A stretch of 64,000 nucleotides of DNA from contig JBDRCO010000003.1 in NCBI GenBank assembly GCA_043821645.1, forward strand, positions 160,001 through 224,000. Direction: 5' to 3'. Source of the stretch: Pseudomonadota bacterium (GTDB lineage Bacteria > Myxococcota > JACRCW01 > JAFGSX01). Under the pieces are notes generated by a model. That model had not been told where the DNA came from and did not search any database. It worked only from the letters and a program-made list of their open reading frames with translations. Each line of letters starts with the position of its first letter. Within the stretch, counting starts at the first letter, position 1. A program made the translations under genes and the position numbers. Of the stretch, positions 9,550-18,603 are shown piece by piece.

Positions 9550-10899
9550 TCAGCGTTCCAACTGGTGCTTGGCCAGCAGGCGATGGAAGCTCTGCCTGGG
9601 CAGGTCGCTGAGTTCGGCGGCCCGCGTGACCACCCCCCCGGCGCGTTCGAGGGCAGCACCAAGATACTCCCGCTCGAAGCGATCCTGGACCTCGCGCTTG
9701 GCCTCGTGAAAGGGCAGCACCAGCAGGTGGTCCGGACTCTTGGGCCGGGCCAGGGTCGTGGGCACCGCGTGCTCGGGGGCATCCGGGAACAGAAGCAAGC
9801 GTTCGAGAACGTTGCGCAGCTCGCGCACATTGCCTGGCCAGTCGTAGCGCGTCAGCAGCCCCAGCACTGTGGGCGTGATGAGCTCCTCGCTCGAGCTTTG
9901 TGGGGCCAGGCTGTGCAGGATGCCGCGAGCCAGGACAGGTAGGTCGTCGCGGCGATCGCGCAAAGGGGGCAAGCGCACACGCAGCACCGACAGTCGGTAG
10001 AACAGGTCCTGGCGAAAGCGTCCGGCCTCGACCTCGCGCTCGAGGTCGCGGTGGGTGGCTGCGAGAACCCGGATGTCGACGGGCCGGTAGCGGTTTTCGC
10101 CGAGGCGGCGGAGTTCGCGCTTCTCGAGCAGGCGCAGCAGCTGAGGTTGCAGTGCCAGGTCGAGCTCGCCGATCTCGTCGAGGAAGACCGTGCCTCCCTC
10201 GGCAGACTCGAACACGCCAGCGCGATCCCGGTCCGCACCGCTGAAGGCGCCCCGGGCGTGGCCGAACAGCTCACTCTGGATCAGGGTCGCGGCCATGGCC
10301 CCGCAGTCCACCACCAGGAATGGCATCTCGGCCCGGCTCGAGGCTGCGTGCAGGCTCTCGGCGGCGAGGTCCTTGCCCGTGCCTGTCTCGCCCTCCAGCA
10401 GCACCGTACTGTCACTGCCAGCGGCGCGCTCCAGCAGGGCGAAGGCCTGGCGCATGGGCAGGCTGGCGCCAAGCAGGCTGCCAAAGCGGGTGGCCTCACT
10501 CAGGGGGAGGTCCCGATGGCCCGCGCCGAAGCGCAGGGCGAGTTCGGTCGAACCGACCTGGATGCTGCACTCGCGGTCCAGCAGGGCGCTCTCGATGCGC
10601 AGTCCGTGGACATGCGTGCCGTTGCGGCTGCCCAGATCCCGCAGCCGATAGCCATCGTCCGCCAGTGCGAGCTCGCAATGCTGGCGCGAGACGGTCGAGT
10701 CGGAGAGGACCAGGTTACATTCCTCGCCGCTGCCTACGCGCAACCCGGCTCCGACTTCCCGCACCAGCCCCTTATCCGGTCCTGCCACGACGTGGAGTTC
10801 GACCTGCTGCACGCGCAGGACGCGGCCCCTGTCGCCCTCGGCGAGCACCTGGGTCACCCGCGTCATCTCCTGCGCCGTGTCGGTGTTCATGGCATCCAC
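9550..10899 (-). CDS. FHA-domain sigma54-dependent enhancer-binding protein
   Basis: FHA ('VSRQH','DLGSRNGT'), AAA+ ('GETGTGKD','GAFSGA','FLDEIGE','RQDLFYRL','WPGNVRELRN'), C-terminal HTH; alternative start ATG 10890. Confidence 0.93.
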   Translation of the reverse strand: MDAMNTDTAQEMTRVTQVLAEGDRGRVLRVQQVELHVVAGPDKGLVREVGAGLRVGSGEECNLVLSDSTVSRQHCELALADDGYRLRDLGSRNGTHVHGLRIESALLDRECSIQVGSTELALRFGAGHRDLPLSEATRFGSLLGASLPMRQAFALLERAAGSDSTVLLEGETGTGKDLAAESLHAASSRAEMPFLVVDCGAMAATLIQSELFGHARGAFSGADRDRAGVFESAEGGTVFLDEIGELDLALQPQLLRLLEKRELRRLGENRYRPVDIRVLAATHRDLEREVEAGRFRQDLFYRLSVLRVRLPPLRDRRDDLPVLARGILHSLAPQSSSEELITPTVLGLLTRYDWPGNVRELRNVLERLLLFPDAPEHAVPTTLARPKSPDHLLVLPFHEAKREVQDRFEREYLGAALERAGGVVTRAAELSDLPRQSFHRLLAKHQLER

Positions 10900-10940
10900 G
10901 TGCTGGCGAGGTCCCGTCGGGTCGTCCGGCAGGCTCCCTG

Positions 10941-11360
10941 TCAGAAGGTGAAGGTGACCTCGCTGGTCTTGCCCTCGGTGACGGTGACTCGCGCACAGTC
11001 CTCGTCGAGAAATTGCCCCTGAGCGTCGCTGGCGAGCGCTGCGAGGGTGTGCTCGCCTGTGGTCAGGTGCAGCGTCTCCCCGGCGCTGCCCGGGTCGCTG
11101 GACAGCTGCCAGGATTCATGGCTGCAGGGTGTGCCCGTCGGGATGAAGCCACTGAATATGCTGCAGTCTGCAAGAGAGTCGGCCACCGCCAGCACCGTGC
11201 TGCAGGCGCGCGCCGTGGAGTCGCCAGCGATGTCGGCCAGCTCGACACGGTCGATCTGACTTCCCCAGGCGGGCGAGATGACGACGTTCACGGCCAGGCC
11301 CACGTCGCTCCCACCGCAGGCCACCAGGCCGAGCACGACCAGAGGAAACAACTGCCTCAT
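10941..11360 (-). CDS. Small Cys-containing lipoprotein
   Basis: Lipobox LVAC; start overlaps upstream stop (TGATG). Confidence 0.65.
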   Translation of the reverse strand: MRQLFPLVVLGLVACGGSDVGLAVNVVISPAWGSQIDRVELADIAGDSTARACSTVLAVADSLADCSIFSGFIPTGTPCSHESWQLSSDPGSAGETLHLTTGEHTLAALASDAQGQFLDEDCARVTVTEGKTSEVTFTF

Positions 11361-12034
11361 CAGAAATTCACCTTCACGCACCCCGAGCCCGCCGGTGCGT
11401 CGCAGGACGGACCTGGATCCGGCGGCGGGGTGCCCTGGTTGAGTGCGAGCAGCACCACGACGGTGGTCACTCCGGCGGTGGCGATCGCGGCGGCCCCCAG
11501 GCCAGCCCAGAGCCAGGGGCTGCTCCACACACTGTCGCTCTCCGGCGCCTCGGCAGCGGAGGCCGCAGGCGCCGTCGACGGGGCAAGGGCCGCTGCGGGA
11601 GTCTCGACGCCAGGTTGTGGCGCCAAAGGTGCCGTGTCGAGGGAGGGCTCGGGTGCGGGATCCTGGGCAGGAGACGCAGGCGCCGCGGCCGCGCGTGTCC
11701 GGGCTTGCTCGATGAGGTCGCGGACCTTGGGTGAAACGTCCGGAGGCAGCTCGAGCATGGGATCCAGGGTCACCGCCTCCACGAAGTGCCGCTGCGCCAG
11801 ATCGTGCTCGCCAAGAGTCAGGCGGATGATGCCCATGAGCAGGGCAGCCCGGGAGCGATCGGGGCGGGGGAGGGCGGGATCCGCAGCGGCACGACCGAGC
11901 AGGGGTTCGGCGCGCGTGTAGTCCATCGCGTTGTACGCCGCGATCCCATCCTCGAGGGAGCCGGCCCAGGCCGGGCTACCCAGCAGGACAAGCACCAAGG
12001 CACTCCAACCGAACAGCACGCGCCGGGTCGCCAT
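11360..12034 (-). CDS. Exported TPR protein with Pro/Ala linker and C-terminal hydrophobic segment
   Basis: Signal peptide ending AWA; TPR 'LLMGIIRLTLGEHDLAQRHFVEAVTLDP'; 'SPWLWAGLGAAAIA' segment. Confidence 0.7.
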   Translation of the reverse strand: MATRRVLFGWSALVLVLLGSPAWAGSLEDGIAAYNAMDYTRAEPLLGRAAADPALPRPDRSRAALLMGIIRLTLGEHDLAQRHFVEAVTLDPMLELPPDVSPKVRDLIEQARTRAAAAPASPAQDPAPEPSLDTAPLAPQPGVETPAAALAPSTAPAASAAEAPESDSVWSSPWLWAGLGAAAIATAGVTTVVVLLALNQGTPPPDPGPSCDAPAGSGCVKVNF

Positions 12035-12201
12035 CGAGAAACCTGACCGGCGCGCTTGAGGTCCGGATGCCACGCTTCGTTGCACATGAACTGTCGTCGT
12101 CACCGTGCGACCTCATCGAGAAAGAAGCGAGTGGACCGTAGCACGCTGCCCCGCTAGCCTCAACCATGCCCGGCCCATCATGGCTCCCGGGAGATAGGCA
12201 C

Positions 12202-14145
12202 ATGCAGAGCTTTGGCCGCTACGAACTGATCGAGCCGGTCGCGCATGGCGGCGTGGCCGAGGTTTTTCTCGCGCGCCAGGTGGGTCCTGGTGACTTCGTG
12301 CGCGAACTCGTGATCAAGCGGGTCCTTCCCGAGTACGCCGGGATGCCCAAGTTCGTCGAGCTGTTCCTCGACGAGGCCAAGGTCATCGCACGCCTGTCTC
12401 ATCCCAGCATCGTGACCATCCTCGATTTTGGAGAGGTCGACGGGACCTACTTCATCGCCATGGAGCGGGTGCTGGGCCCGAGCCTGAGCTCGCTCGGCAG
12501 GGCCGCCGCCAGGCAGCAGCGCACCTTGCCCTTCGTGGTGCTGGCCCGCATCTGCGCCCAGGTGGCCGAGGGTCTGGCCTACGCTCATCAGTTGCGAGAC
12601 GATCAGAATCAGTCCCTGGGTATCGTGCACCGCGACATCTCGCCCTCCAATATCGTGGTCTCTTACGACGGTGTGCCCAAGATCTTGGACTTCGGGATCG
12701 CCAAGGCGAGCACCTCGACCCACAAGACGCGCACAGGCGAGATCCGCGGCAAGCTGGCCTACATGTCACCCGAGCAGGTCACCGGCGAGCCGCTGGACGG
12801 ACGGGCGGACATCTATTCCCTGGGCGTGGTGCTCTACCAGTGCGTCACCAACTGCAAACCCTTCCAGGGCAAGAGCGACTACGCGCTGATGAGTGCGATC
12901 CTGCAGGCGAGCCCCGAACCCCCGTGTCTGGCCAACCCGGCGCTTCCCCCCGAGCTGGGTCGCATCATCCAGACCGCCATGGCACCTCGTCGCGAGGACA
13001 GACACGCCACGGCGCGCCAGCTGGCGCTGGAACTCGACGCCTTCGTGCTTTCCCAGGGCGTTCCCATCACCTCCTATGACATTGCCGAGGTGGTGCGCGG
13101 TATCGAGGCCGTGCATGGCGAACGCCTGGCGCCTGCGGGTCTTTTCGGAGGCAGTCGATCGTATTCCGCGGTGCCTGACGAGGGGCCGGTGCTCGAGGAG
13201 GCCTCGCCGGATCAAGCGACCATCAGCAGCAGTGAGCGGCCCGCTGCCGCCGAACTGTCCCTGCCGGTTCGCCAGCGCGCATCGACGACACCCATGCCAA
13301 AAGTGGGTGGCCTGGTCCAGGTCGTGACCTCGGGCTCGCCCGCCACCGGTTCGTCGAGCGGCGTGCCCCTGGCCGTTGCTGAACCCGCGGCGACGGGTGA
13401 TCAGGTGTTCACTGCAGCACCCGATTCCCCCACCAAGCGCCGCGCACCCCTGATCCTGGCGCTATCCGGGGCTGCGGTCGCCCTTGTGGTGGCGGGTGTC
13501 TACGGCTTCGGATGGCCCGCCAGATCTCCCTCGCCTGGTGTGCGAGGCGAGGAGCCGCGACCGGCCGGTATCGACGCCGGCGACGTCGTGGTTCCTGCTG
13601 TTGCCATGCCTGCGACAGATGCCTCGGTGACGGCGGAGCTTGCCACCGCGCGACCCGTCGCAAAACCCAGACCTGCCCGCGTACGCGACAAACCCAGGAC
13701 ACCAGTTCCTGTCCCCGCCGAGGACCCGGGCGAGGGAGCGCTGATCGTTCACACCACACCCTGGACCCAGCTCCTCGTCGACGGCGAGCCCCGTGGCGAG
13801 ACGCCGGTTCGTGTGGTGCTGGCCGCGGGAACCCACCACATCGAACTCCGCAACCCGGGCTCCGGGATCGCACATCGCACCACGGTGCAGATCCGCAAGG
13901 GCCAGGACGAGAAGCTTCGCCTCGACCTCACCCCCGGGGAGCTGGTGCTGGTGGTCAAGCCCTGGGGCGAGGTCTACGTCGACGGAGCCAAGCGTGGCAC
14001 CACACCCCTGTCGCCGTTCCAGGTGGCACCGGGACTCCACCGAATCGAGGTGGTTCAGCCGGAGACGGGGCAGCGGCGCAGCGAGCGTTTCGACGTCAAG
14101 CCGGGGACTCGTCACGAGCTCAAGTTCGATCTCACCGTGCCGTGA
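12202..14145 (+). CDS. Membrane Ser/Thr protein kinase with two C-terminal PEGA domains
   Basis: 'VIKR', 'HRDISPSN', 'DFGIAK', 'GKLAYMSPEQ'; TM helix; PEGA repeats 'PWxxxxVDG..GxTP'. Confidence 0.93.
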   Translation: MQSFGRYELIEPVAHGGVAEVFLARQVGPGDFVRELVIKRVLPEYAGMPKFVELFLDEAKVIARLSHPSIVTILDFGEVDGTYFIAMERVLGPSLSSLGRAAARQQRTLPFVVLARICAQVAEGLAYAHQLRDDQNQSLGIVHRDISPSNIVVSYDGVPKILDFGIAKASTSTHKTRTGEIRGKLAYMSPEQVTGEPLDGRADIYSLGVVLYQCVTNCKPFQGKSDYALMSAILQASPEPPCLANPALPPELGRIIQTAMAPRREDRHATARQLALELDAFVLSQGVPITSYDIAEVVRGIEAVHGERLAPAGLFGGSRSYSAVPDEGPVLEEASPDQATISSSERPAAAELSLPVRQRASTTPMPKVGGLVQVVTSGSPATGSSSGVPLAVAEPAATGDQVFTAAPDSPTKRRAPLILALSGAAVALVVAGVYGFGWPARSPSPGVRGEEPRPAGIDAGDVVVPAVAMPATDASVTAELATARPVAKPRPARVRDKPRTPVPVPAEDPGEGALIVHTTPWTQLLVDGEPRGETPVRVVLAAGTHHIELRNPGSGIAHRTTVQIRKGQDEKLRLDLTPGELVLVVKPWGEVYVDGAKRGTTPLSPFQVAPGLHRIEVVQPETGQRRSERFDVKPGTRHELKFDLTVP

Positions 14146-14160
14146 AGCCAGGGGTCGTGC

Positions 14161-14628
14161 TCAGGCGAGGGCCCGCGCCAACAGGCGCAGGGACCCGACC
14201 GCACGGTGCAGGTCCGCACGCTTGATGGACCGCGCGCTGTCCTCCTTGCGCCACAGCAGGACCTCGAGCAGGAGCTGGTGCAGGAAGTGGAGCGTCTCGA
14301 CCTCGAGGTGCGTCGGCGCGGCACGGGCATACAGCTTGTTGCGCATGTAGTGATCGACGCGCTCGACCTCGAACTCGAGCTCCCAATCCAGCAAGTCGCA
14401 CAGGACCAGCATCAGTTCCGCGGATGCTGGATGCATCTGGTCCAGCACGGGCTCGATGCGGCGCTGGAGCTGCAGGTCGTCGAAGCCGAGGTCGCCCGGC
14501 TCAAAAGGCAGGGCCTGGCACAGCTCGAACAGTTCGCGACCCACGAGGTCCAGGTAGACCTCGATCGTGGGCACGGGCTTGCGCTCGTACAGCCACTCCA
14601 GGCGTTGCTTCAGGGTGCGCTGGGACAC
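14161..14628 (-). CDS. Hypothetical alpha-helical protein
   Basis: GTG start 1 nt after upstream stop; protein-like composition. Confidence 0.55.
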   Translation of the reverse strand: MSQRTLKQRLEWLYERKPVPTIEVYLDLVGRELFELCQALPFEPGDLGFDDLQLQRRIEPVLDQMHPASAELMLVLCDLLDWELEFEVERVDHYMRNKLYARAAPTHLEVETLHFLHQLLLEVLLWRKEDSARSIKRADLHRAVGSLRLLARALA

Positions 14629-14629
14629 G

Positions 14630-15220
14630 CTAGCGGTCGACGACGGTGATCTTGATCCGTGCCGTGGCGTTGCCGGCGCGGGCCGTGAGCACGGCATCGC
14701 CAATGGCCTGGGCCACGACCTGACCCTGCTGGTCGACGTCGGCGGCATAGCCGTTCATGGTCCAGGTGATGCGTGCGTCGGTGACAGGCTGATTGCGATC
14801 GTTCTTGACCACGGCCGCGATCTTCTTCTCTTCACCCATCTTCATCGTCAGCTCGTCGGCAGGGTCGAGCTCGAGCTTGTCGAGGATGCGCACGGTCAGG
14901 GTCTGGCTCACCTTGAAGGTCAGATACGAGGCCTGGATATCGGTACTGCCACTGCCCACCGCGGTGACCTCGCCCGCGATGTCCACGGTGACCACACTCT
15001 CGTCGCCGGATGACCAGGCCGCGTCGACGAGCTGGACGAACAGCCCGTTCTTGTCCAGGCCTGCCACGGTGAACTTCTGGGTCTTGCCCTTGCGGTCCAT
15101 GGAGAGCAACTCTGCCGGACCGGGCCGGATCTCGATGCTCTGAACGCCGCGCGGGCCACAGGCCGCGAGGCCGAGCAGCACGGCGAAGGCAAGTCCACAG
15201 GTCAGGGAGCACAAGCGCAT
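14630..15220 (-). CDS. Lipoprotein with two bacterial Ig-like (Big_2) domains
   Basis: Lipobox LAAC; 'WSSGDESVVTVDIAGEVTAVGSGSTDIQA' and a second similar repeat; GGAGG RBS. Confidence 0.82.
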   Translation of the reverse strand: MRLCSLTCGLAFAVLLGLAACGPRGVQSIEIRPGPAELLSMDRKGKTQKFTVAGLDKNGLFVQLVDAAWSSGDESVVTVDIAGEVTAVGSGSTDIQASYLTFKVSQTLTVRILDKLELDPADELTMKMGEEKKIAAVVKNDRNQPVTDARITWTMNGYAADVDQQGQVVAQAIGDAVLTARAGNATARIKITVVDR

Positions 15221-15250
15221 GACGACCTCCGGGATGCGATGCGTGGGCGC

Positions 15251-15259
15251 AGTCTAGCA
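15251..15259 (-). promoter_or_regulatory. Extended -10 promoter candidate for the Big_2 gene
   Basis: Minus strand TG-C-TAGACT. Confidence 0.35.
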
Positions 15260-15304
15260 ACGTCCGGGAGGGCAGGAGAAGAGGGGATCGCAGGTGCGGA
15301 CCCC

Positions 15305-15333
15305 TTGCCAGCCATGTTTCTTTCATCGATAGT
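15305..15333 (+). promoter_or_regulatory. Sigma70 promoter candidate for leuS
   Basis: TTGCCA-N17-GATAGT, ~50 nt before the ATG. Confidence 0.5.
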
Positions 15334-15381
15334 CCGGGGCTTCGCGCTTCGTGCTTCCGTCGCTGCGCTCCAGGAGAACCG

Positions 15382-18012
15382 ATGAACGAGAAGTACTTTC
15401 CCCGGGACATCGAGCCCCGCTGGCAGGCCGCCTGGGACGAGGCCTGTGCGTTTCGCGTCGACGACACGCCAGTGGGTGACCGTGCCTATGTGCTGGAGAT
15501 GTTCCCCTACCCCTCGGGCAGCCTGCACATCGGCAACCTGCGCTGCTACGTGATCGGTGACGTGCTCGCGCGCTTCCTGCGCATGCGCGGCAAGCAGGTC
15601 ATGCATCCCATGGGCTTCGACGCGCTCGGTCTGCCTGCCGAGAACGCGGCGATCAAGGACGGCATCGCGCCCGCGGTGCGCACCGAGCAGAACATCGACA
15701 ACGCCAAGCGGCAGATGCGGGCCATGGGGCTCAGCTACGACTGGTCGCGCGAGATCTCGACCCACCGGCCCGAGTACTACCGCTGGAACCAGTGGTTCTT
15801 CCTGCGCTGCCTCGAGCGCGACCTGGTGTACCGGCGCACCGCCTCGGTCAACTGGTGCCCGCGGGACAAGACCGTGCTGGCCAACGAGCAAGTGGTCGAC
15901 GGCTGTTGCGAGCGCTGCAGCACGGCGGTGGTGACCAAGGACATCCCGGTATGGGCCTTTCGCATCACGCGATTCTGCGATGACCTGCTCGCGGGCCTCG
16001 ATGGGCTGAACTGGCCAGATCGCATCGTGACCTCGCAGCGCAACTGGATAGGCAAGAGCCACGGTGCCGAGGTCGATTTCGATATCGAGGGTCGCGAGGA
16101 CGCCATCCGGGTGTTCACCACGCGCATCGATACGATCTTCGGTGCCACCTACCTCGTGCTCGCCCCCGAGCACCCGCTGGTGTCCGAGGTGACCACACCC
16201 GCGCAGAGGAGCGCCGTCGACGCCTTCGTCGAGCGCATGCGGCGAACCGACAAGAACGATCGCACCGACGACACTGCCGTCAAGGAGGGTGTGTTCACCG
16301 GGGCGCAAGTGCGCAATCCCTTCACCGGCGAGCTCATCCCGCTGTGGATCGCCAACTTCGTGCTCGCGGACTACGGCACCGGTGCCGTCATGTCGGTGCC
16401 TGCGCACGATCAGCGCGACTTCGAGTTCGCACGCACGTACAAGCTGCCCATCCGCACCGTCATCCTGGAGCAGGCCGGCGCACGGCTGGACCCCGACAAC
16501 ATGCCGGCGGCCACCTGCGACGACGGCGTGATGGCACACCCCGACGAGATGGGTGGCCCGGACCTGCCCGCGGCGGCCCGGGAGCTGGCCTCGGCCTGCG
16601 CAGGTCAGAGTTCGACCGAGGGCCGCACCTTCTTGACCGATCACGCGGCGACCCAGGGTTTTGGTCAGGGCACGGTCAACTTTCACCTGCGAGACTGGAA
16701 CTTCTCGCGCCAGCGGTACTGGGGCACACCCATACCTGTCGTGTACTGCGATGACTGCGGGACCGTCCCCGTGCCCGATGACCAGTTGCCCGTTGTGTTG
16801 CCTCCCTTCGAGGCCATCGAACTGAAGATGACCGGCACCGCGCCACTGTCCGGCGTCCCAGGTTTTGTGAACACGAGCTGTCCGCATTGTGGCAAGCCGG
16901 CACGCCGGGACGTCGAGACCATGGACACCTTCGTGGACAGTGCCTGGTACTTCGCGCGCTTCCTGTCACCGCACCACGAGACCGCGCCGGTGGCGACGGA
17001 GGCCGCCCACGCCTGGTTGCCCATCGACGTGTACGTCGGCGGACCCGAGCACGCGGTGGGACACCTGATCTACTTCCGGTTCTTCCACCGCATCCTGAAG
17101 GAACTCGGGCTGGTCGAAGGGACCGAACCCGCGCGACGGCTCATCACCCAGGGCATCGTCTACAACCGTGCCCGTCGCTGCAAGGATCATGGGTGGCTGT
17201 TCCCTGCGGATATCGACGCCGATGATTGCTGCAAGACCTGTCACCAGCCCGCCCAGGTGACGACGGAGAAGATGAGCAAGAGCAAGGGCAATGCCGTGTC
17301 ACCGGATCTGCTCATCGAGAACTACGGCGCGGATTGCGCACGGGTCTTCATGCTGTTCGCGGGGCCGCCGCAGAAGGACCTGGAATGGAATGACGCCGGT
17401 GTCGAGGGAGCGTCGCGCTTCTTGCACCGCGTGTGGCGTCTGTTCACCGCGGCGCGCGATCGGGTCGTGGGAGTGGCACCCGCCAGCAGCATGAGCGGGC
17501 TCGAGGGCGCTGACGCCACGGCCCGCAAGGCCCTGCATCGGACACTGGATAAGGTGACCCACGACATCGAGGGACCGCTGCACTACAACACGGCCATCGC
17601 GGCGGTGATGGAACTCGTCAACACCCTTTACGGGTTGGACATGCACACGGCGGCCAGCCAGCTCTCTGCACCGGTGGAGCGCGAGGCACTCGAGGTGCTG
17701 ACCCGACTGCTGTCGCCCTTTGCCCCGCACCTGGCGGAGGAGCTGCACGCGGCCATAGGCGGTCAGGGCATGGCGGCACTGGCGTCCTGGCCCGACGCCG
17801 ACCCCGACGCCCTGGTCCTAGACCAGGTGACCTATGCGGTGCAGGTCAACGGCAAGCTGCGTGGCGACGTGCAGGTGGACGCCGAGGCGGACCAGGCGCA
17901 GGTCGAGAGTGTGGCTCGCGGCGTCGACAAGGTCCGTGCTCACCTCGAGGGCAAGAGCGTGGTCAAGGTGGTGTTCGTGAAGGGCCGACTGCTCAACTTC
18001 GTGGTGCGCTAG
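15382..18012 (+). CDS. leuS: Leucine--tRNA ligase
   Basis: 'LEMFPYPSG', HIGN, 'QRNWIGKS', editing 'FTTRIDT', 'SRQRYWGTPIP', 'DTFVDS', KMSKS. Confidence 0.97.
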   Translation: MNEKYFPRDIEPRWQAAWDEACAFRVDDTPVGDRAYVLEMFPYPSGSLHIGNLRCYVIGDVLARFLRMRGKQVMHPMGFDALGLPAENAAIKDGIAPAVRTEQNIDNAKRQMRAMGLSYDWSREISTHRPEYYRWNQWFFLRCLERDLVYRRTASVNWCPRDKTVLANEQVVDGCCERCSTAVVTKDIPVWAFRITRFCDDLLAGLDGLNWPDRIVTSQRNWIGKSHGAEVDFDIEGREDAIRVFTTRIDTIFGATYLVLAPEHPLVSEVTTPAQRSAVDAFVERMRRTDKNDRTDDTAVKEGVFTGAQVRNPFTGELIPLWIANFVLADYGTGAVMSVPAHDQRDFEFARTYKLPIRTVILEQAGARLDPDNMPAATCDDGVMAHPDEMGGPDLPAAARELASACAGQSSTEGRTFLTDHAATQGFGQGTVNFHLRDWNFSRQRYWGTPIPVVYCDDCGTVPVPDDQLPVVLPPFEAIELKMTGTAPLSGVPGFVNTSCPHCGKPARRDVETMDTFVDSAWYFARFLSPHHETAPVATEAAHAWLPIDVYVGGPEHAVGHLIYFRFFHRILKELGLVEGTEPARRLITQGIVYNRARRCKDHGWLFPADIDADDCCKTCHQPAQVTTEKMSKSKGNAVSPDLLIENYGADCARVFMLFAGPPQKDLEWNDAGVEGASRFLHRVWRLFTAARDRVVGVAPASSMSGLEGADATARKALHRTLDKVTHDIEGPLHYNTAIAAVMELVNTLYGLDMHTAASQLSAPVEREALEVLTRLLSPFAPHLAEELHAAIGGQGMAALASWPDADPDALVLDQVTYAVQVNGKLRGDVQVDAEADQAQVESVARGVDKVRAHLEGKSVVKVVFVKGRLLNFVVR

Positions 18013-18017
18013 CCGTC

Positions 18018-18560
18018 ATGGTCACGACCGGGCACAGCTCAGCCCTGTGGAGTCGAGCGGGTCTTGTCCTGCTCGGACTGGTGCTGATCTCGAGCTGCGG
18101 CTATCGCTTCGCACGCGGGGGCACCCTGCCCGAGGGTGTGCAGCAGGTGAACGTACTGCCCTTCGTGGACAGGACGGCCGAAGGCGATCTCGGTGCCCAG
18201 GTCGCGGCCTCTGTGCGCAGCCGCATGCGCGAGATCGATCCCCGGCGGGTGGCTGGTCTCGGCGCCAGGGGCGTGGCCCGTCTCGTGGGCAGCGTCGAGC
18301 GCGTCAACCAGTCGACGGTGCCCATGGGGCGCGGCGGCTATGTGGTGCCGGGGCTCTACCAGCTCTCCATCGAGGCGCGGGCGCGCATCGAGTCACCCAC
18401 CGGCCGTGTCCTCGACGATCTCGGCAGTTTCACCGAGGGCATCGAGTACCCCGTGGAGACGGGCCTGGCCACTGCCGAGGAATCGCGGCGGCGTGCCCTG
18501 GTCCGGGCATCCCGCGCACTGGGGAGCCGCATCGCCGAGGCCGCGCTGTTTCGATTCTGA
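18018..18560 (+). CDS. lptE: LPS assembly lipoprotein LptE family
   Basis: Lipobox 'SSCGYRF', directly after leuS (conserved order). Confidence 0.75.
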   Translation: MVTTGHSSALWSRAGLVLLGLVLISSCGYRFARGGTLPEGVQQVNVLPFVDRTAEGDLGAQVAASVRSRMREIDPRRVAGLGARGVARLVGSVERVNQSTVPMGRGGYVVPGLYQLSIEARARIESPTGRVLDDLGSFTEGIEYPVETGLATAEESRRRALVRASRALGSRIAEAALFRF

Positions 18561-18603
18561 ACCGTTGCTTGCGAGCGCGCCCTGGCGCGTTTACCGTGGC
18601 CCC

